Assembly: GCF_000143415.4 (NCBI RefSeq)
Contig: NW_003314266.1
Coordinates: 2,006,463 to 2,070,462, forward strand
Source of the DNA: Selaginella moellendorffii
Taxonomy: Eukaryota; Plantae; Lycopodiophyta
Direction of reading: 5' to 3'
Length of the DNA: 64,000 nt
Part shown: piece by piece, positions 63,511 to 64,000 of the stretch
How positions within the stretch are numbered: position 1 is the stretch's first letter
Layout: the number at the start of each line of letters is the position of its first letter
Notes under the pieces: generated by a model
The model's input: only the letters and a program-made list of their open reading frames with translations
Told to the model about the DNA's origin: nothing
Databases searched by the model: none
Program-made: the position numbers and the translations under genes

Positions 63511-64000
63511 TTGGTGATATCTACAAGGCCTGGGATCTTAGACGCCACTGGATTATACGGCGCCAGTTTTTGATGATTCTTGTGAATCACTGCTTCACTG
63601 CATATGGATTTTATGTAGCTACCATATATTGAACCCCTCAGTTATCTGCAGAAGTGAGGGATCTCACTCTTAACAAGTAAGCTTTTGTGTTTTTTTTTTT
63701 GTTCTTTTTTGTCTAACAAGAGGTCTCTTCTGTACCTCCTCTTTGGTCGAAAGAAACCCGTTACATATGGTTTTCTTGTTGGAGGCATCAGTGGTATCCT
63801 TTCCACAATGAGCACAGATCCAAGGGTGGTGATCCTGCTGGGGGTGATGTTTTTCTGTGGATTCTACACTCCGGCAATACAACTGGCTCCTGACGATTGG
63901 TACGACACGGTCAGTTGCTTCGTCATGACCGTGATCTTCACCACAAGGTGTCTGCTTTACAAGAGAAGGCCATTCAAGCCTTGAGGGAGTTTGCCGAGGC
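63511..64000 (+). pseudogene. Truncated and deleted LFG/TMBIM-like copy
   Basis: LFGRKKPVTYGF...PDDWYD, then a deletion to EKAIQALREFAE. Confidence 0.7.

Larger units (their letters stand above)
44953..63947. repeat. Large palindrome IR-1: arms ~44953-52782 and ~55477-63947, spacer ~2.7 kb
   Basis: Paired landmarks 45309/63590, 46584/62289, 47165/61677, 48975/59844, 50166/58630 and 51375/56863; the ~555-nt offset jump matches the copia replacement at 57356-58320. Confidence 0.92.

Noticed and set aside
36500-64000. Helitron or Pack-MULE capture as the cause of the gene-fragment mosaic
   Set aside because: No convincing TC...hairpin-CTRR ends, TIRs or TSDs found by eye; left open.

Overview
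Eukaryotic land-plant genomic DNA. Very short 52-60 nt introns, a Tcn1/Tf1-type chromovirus, a PPR E-domain and STN7 relics suggest a compact lycophyte-like genome such as Selaginella; the species is inferred, not shown. The first ~26.3 kb is a nest of LTR retroelements. It holds two copies of a minus-strand Ty3/gypsy chromovirus (1932-~7530 and 18330-23488) with no tRNA PBS, an apparent self-priming PBS, and gag, protease and pol in three successive frames. Both copies sit inside one non-autonomous LTR family: a full 13855-26318 element with tRNA-iMet PBS and an ABRE array, and a decayed solo LTR. A small TRIM with 5S-like LTR sequence (Cassandra-like) lies at 11.1-11.6 kb. One ordinary single-exon ARM-repeat gene lies at 34.1-35.7 kb. 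From ~28.6 kb, and especially 36.5-64 kb, the DNA is a mosaic of direct and overlapping inverted segmental duplications, including ~8 kb palindrome arms. The mosaic carries deletion-riddled pseudogenes of STN7 kinase, an ABCB transporter, a PPR gene and a copia element. It also carries apparently intact spliced genes the ORF track misses: three copies of a ~255-aa, very divergent Lifeguard/TMBIM-like membrane protein and two copies of a ~211-aa, very divergent SWEET-like transporter whose differences are mostly synonymous. All homology calls are by eye from recalled motifs; no database searches were run.
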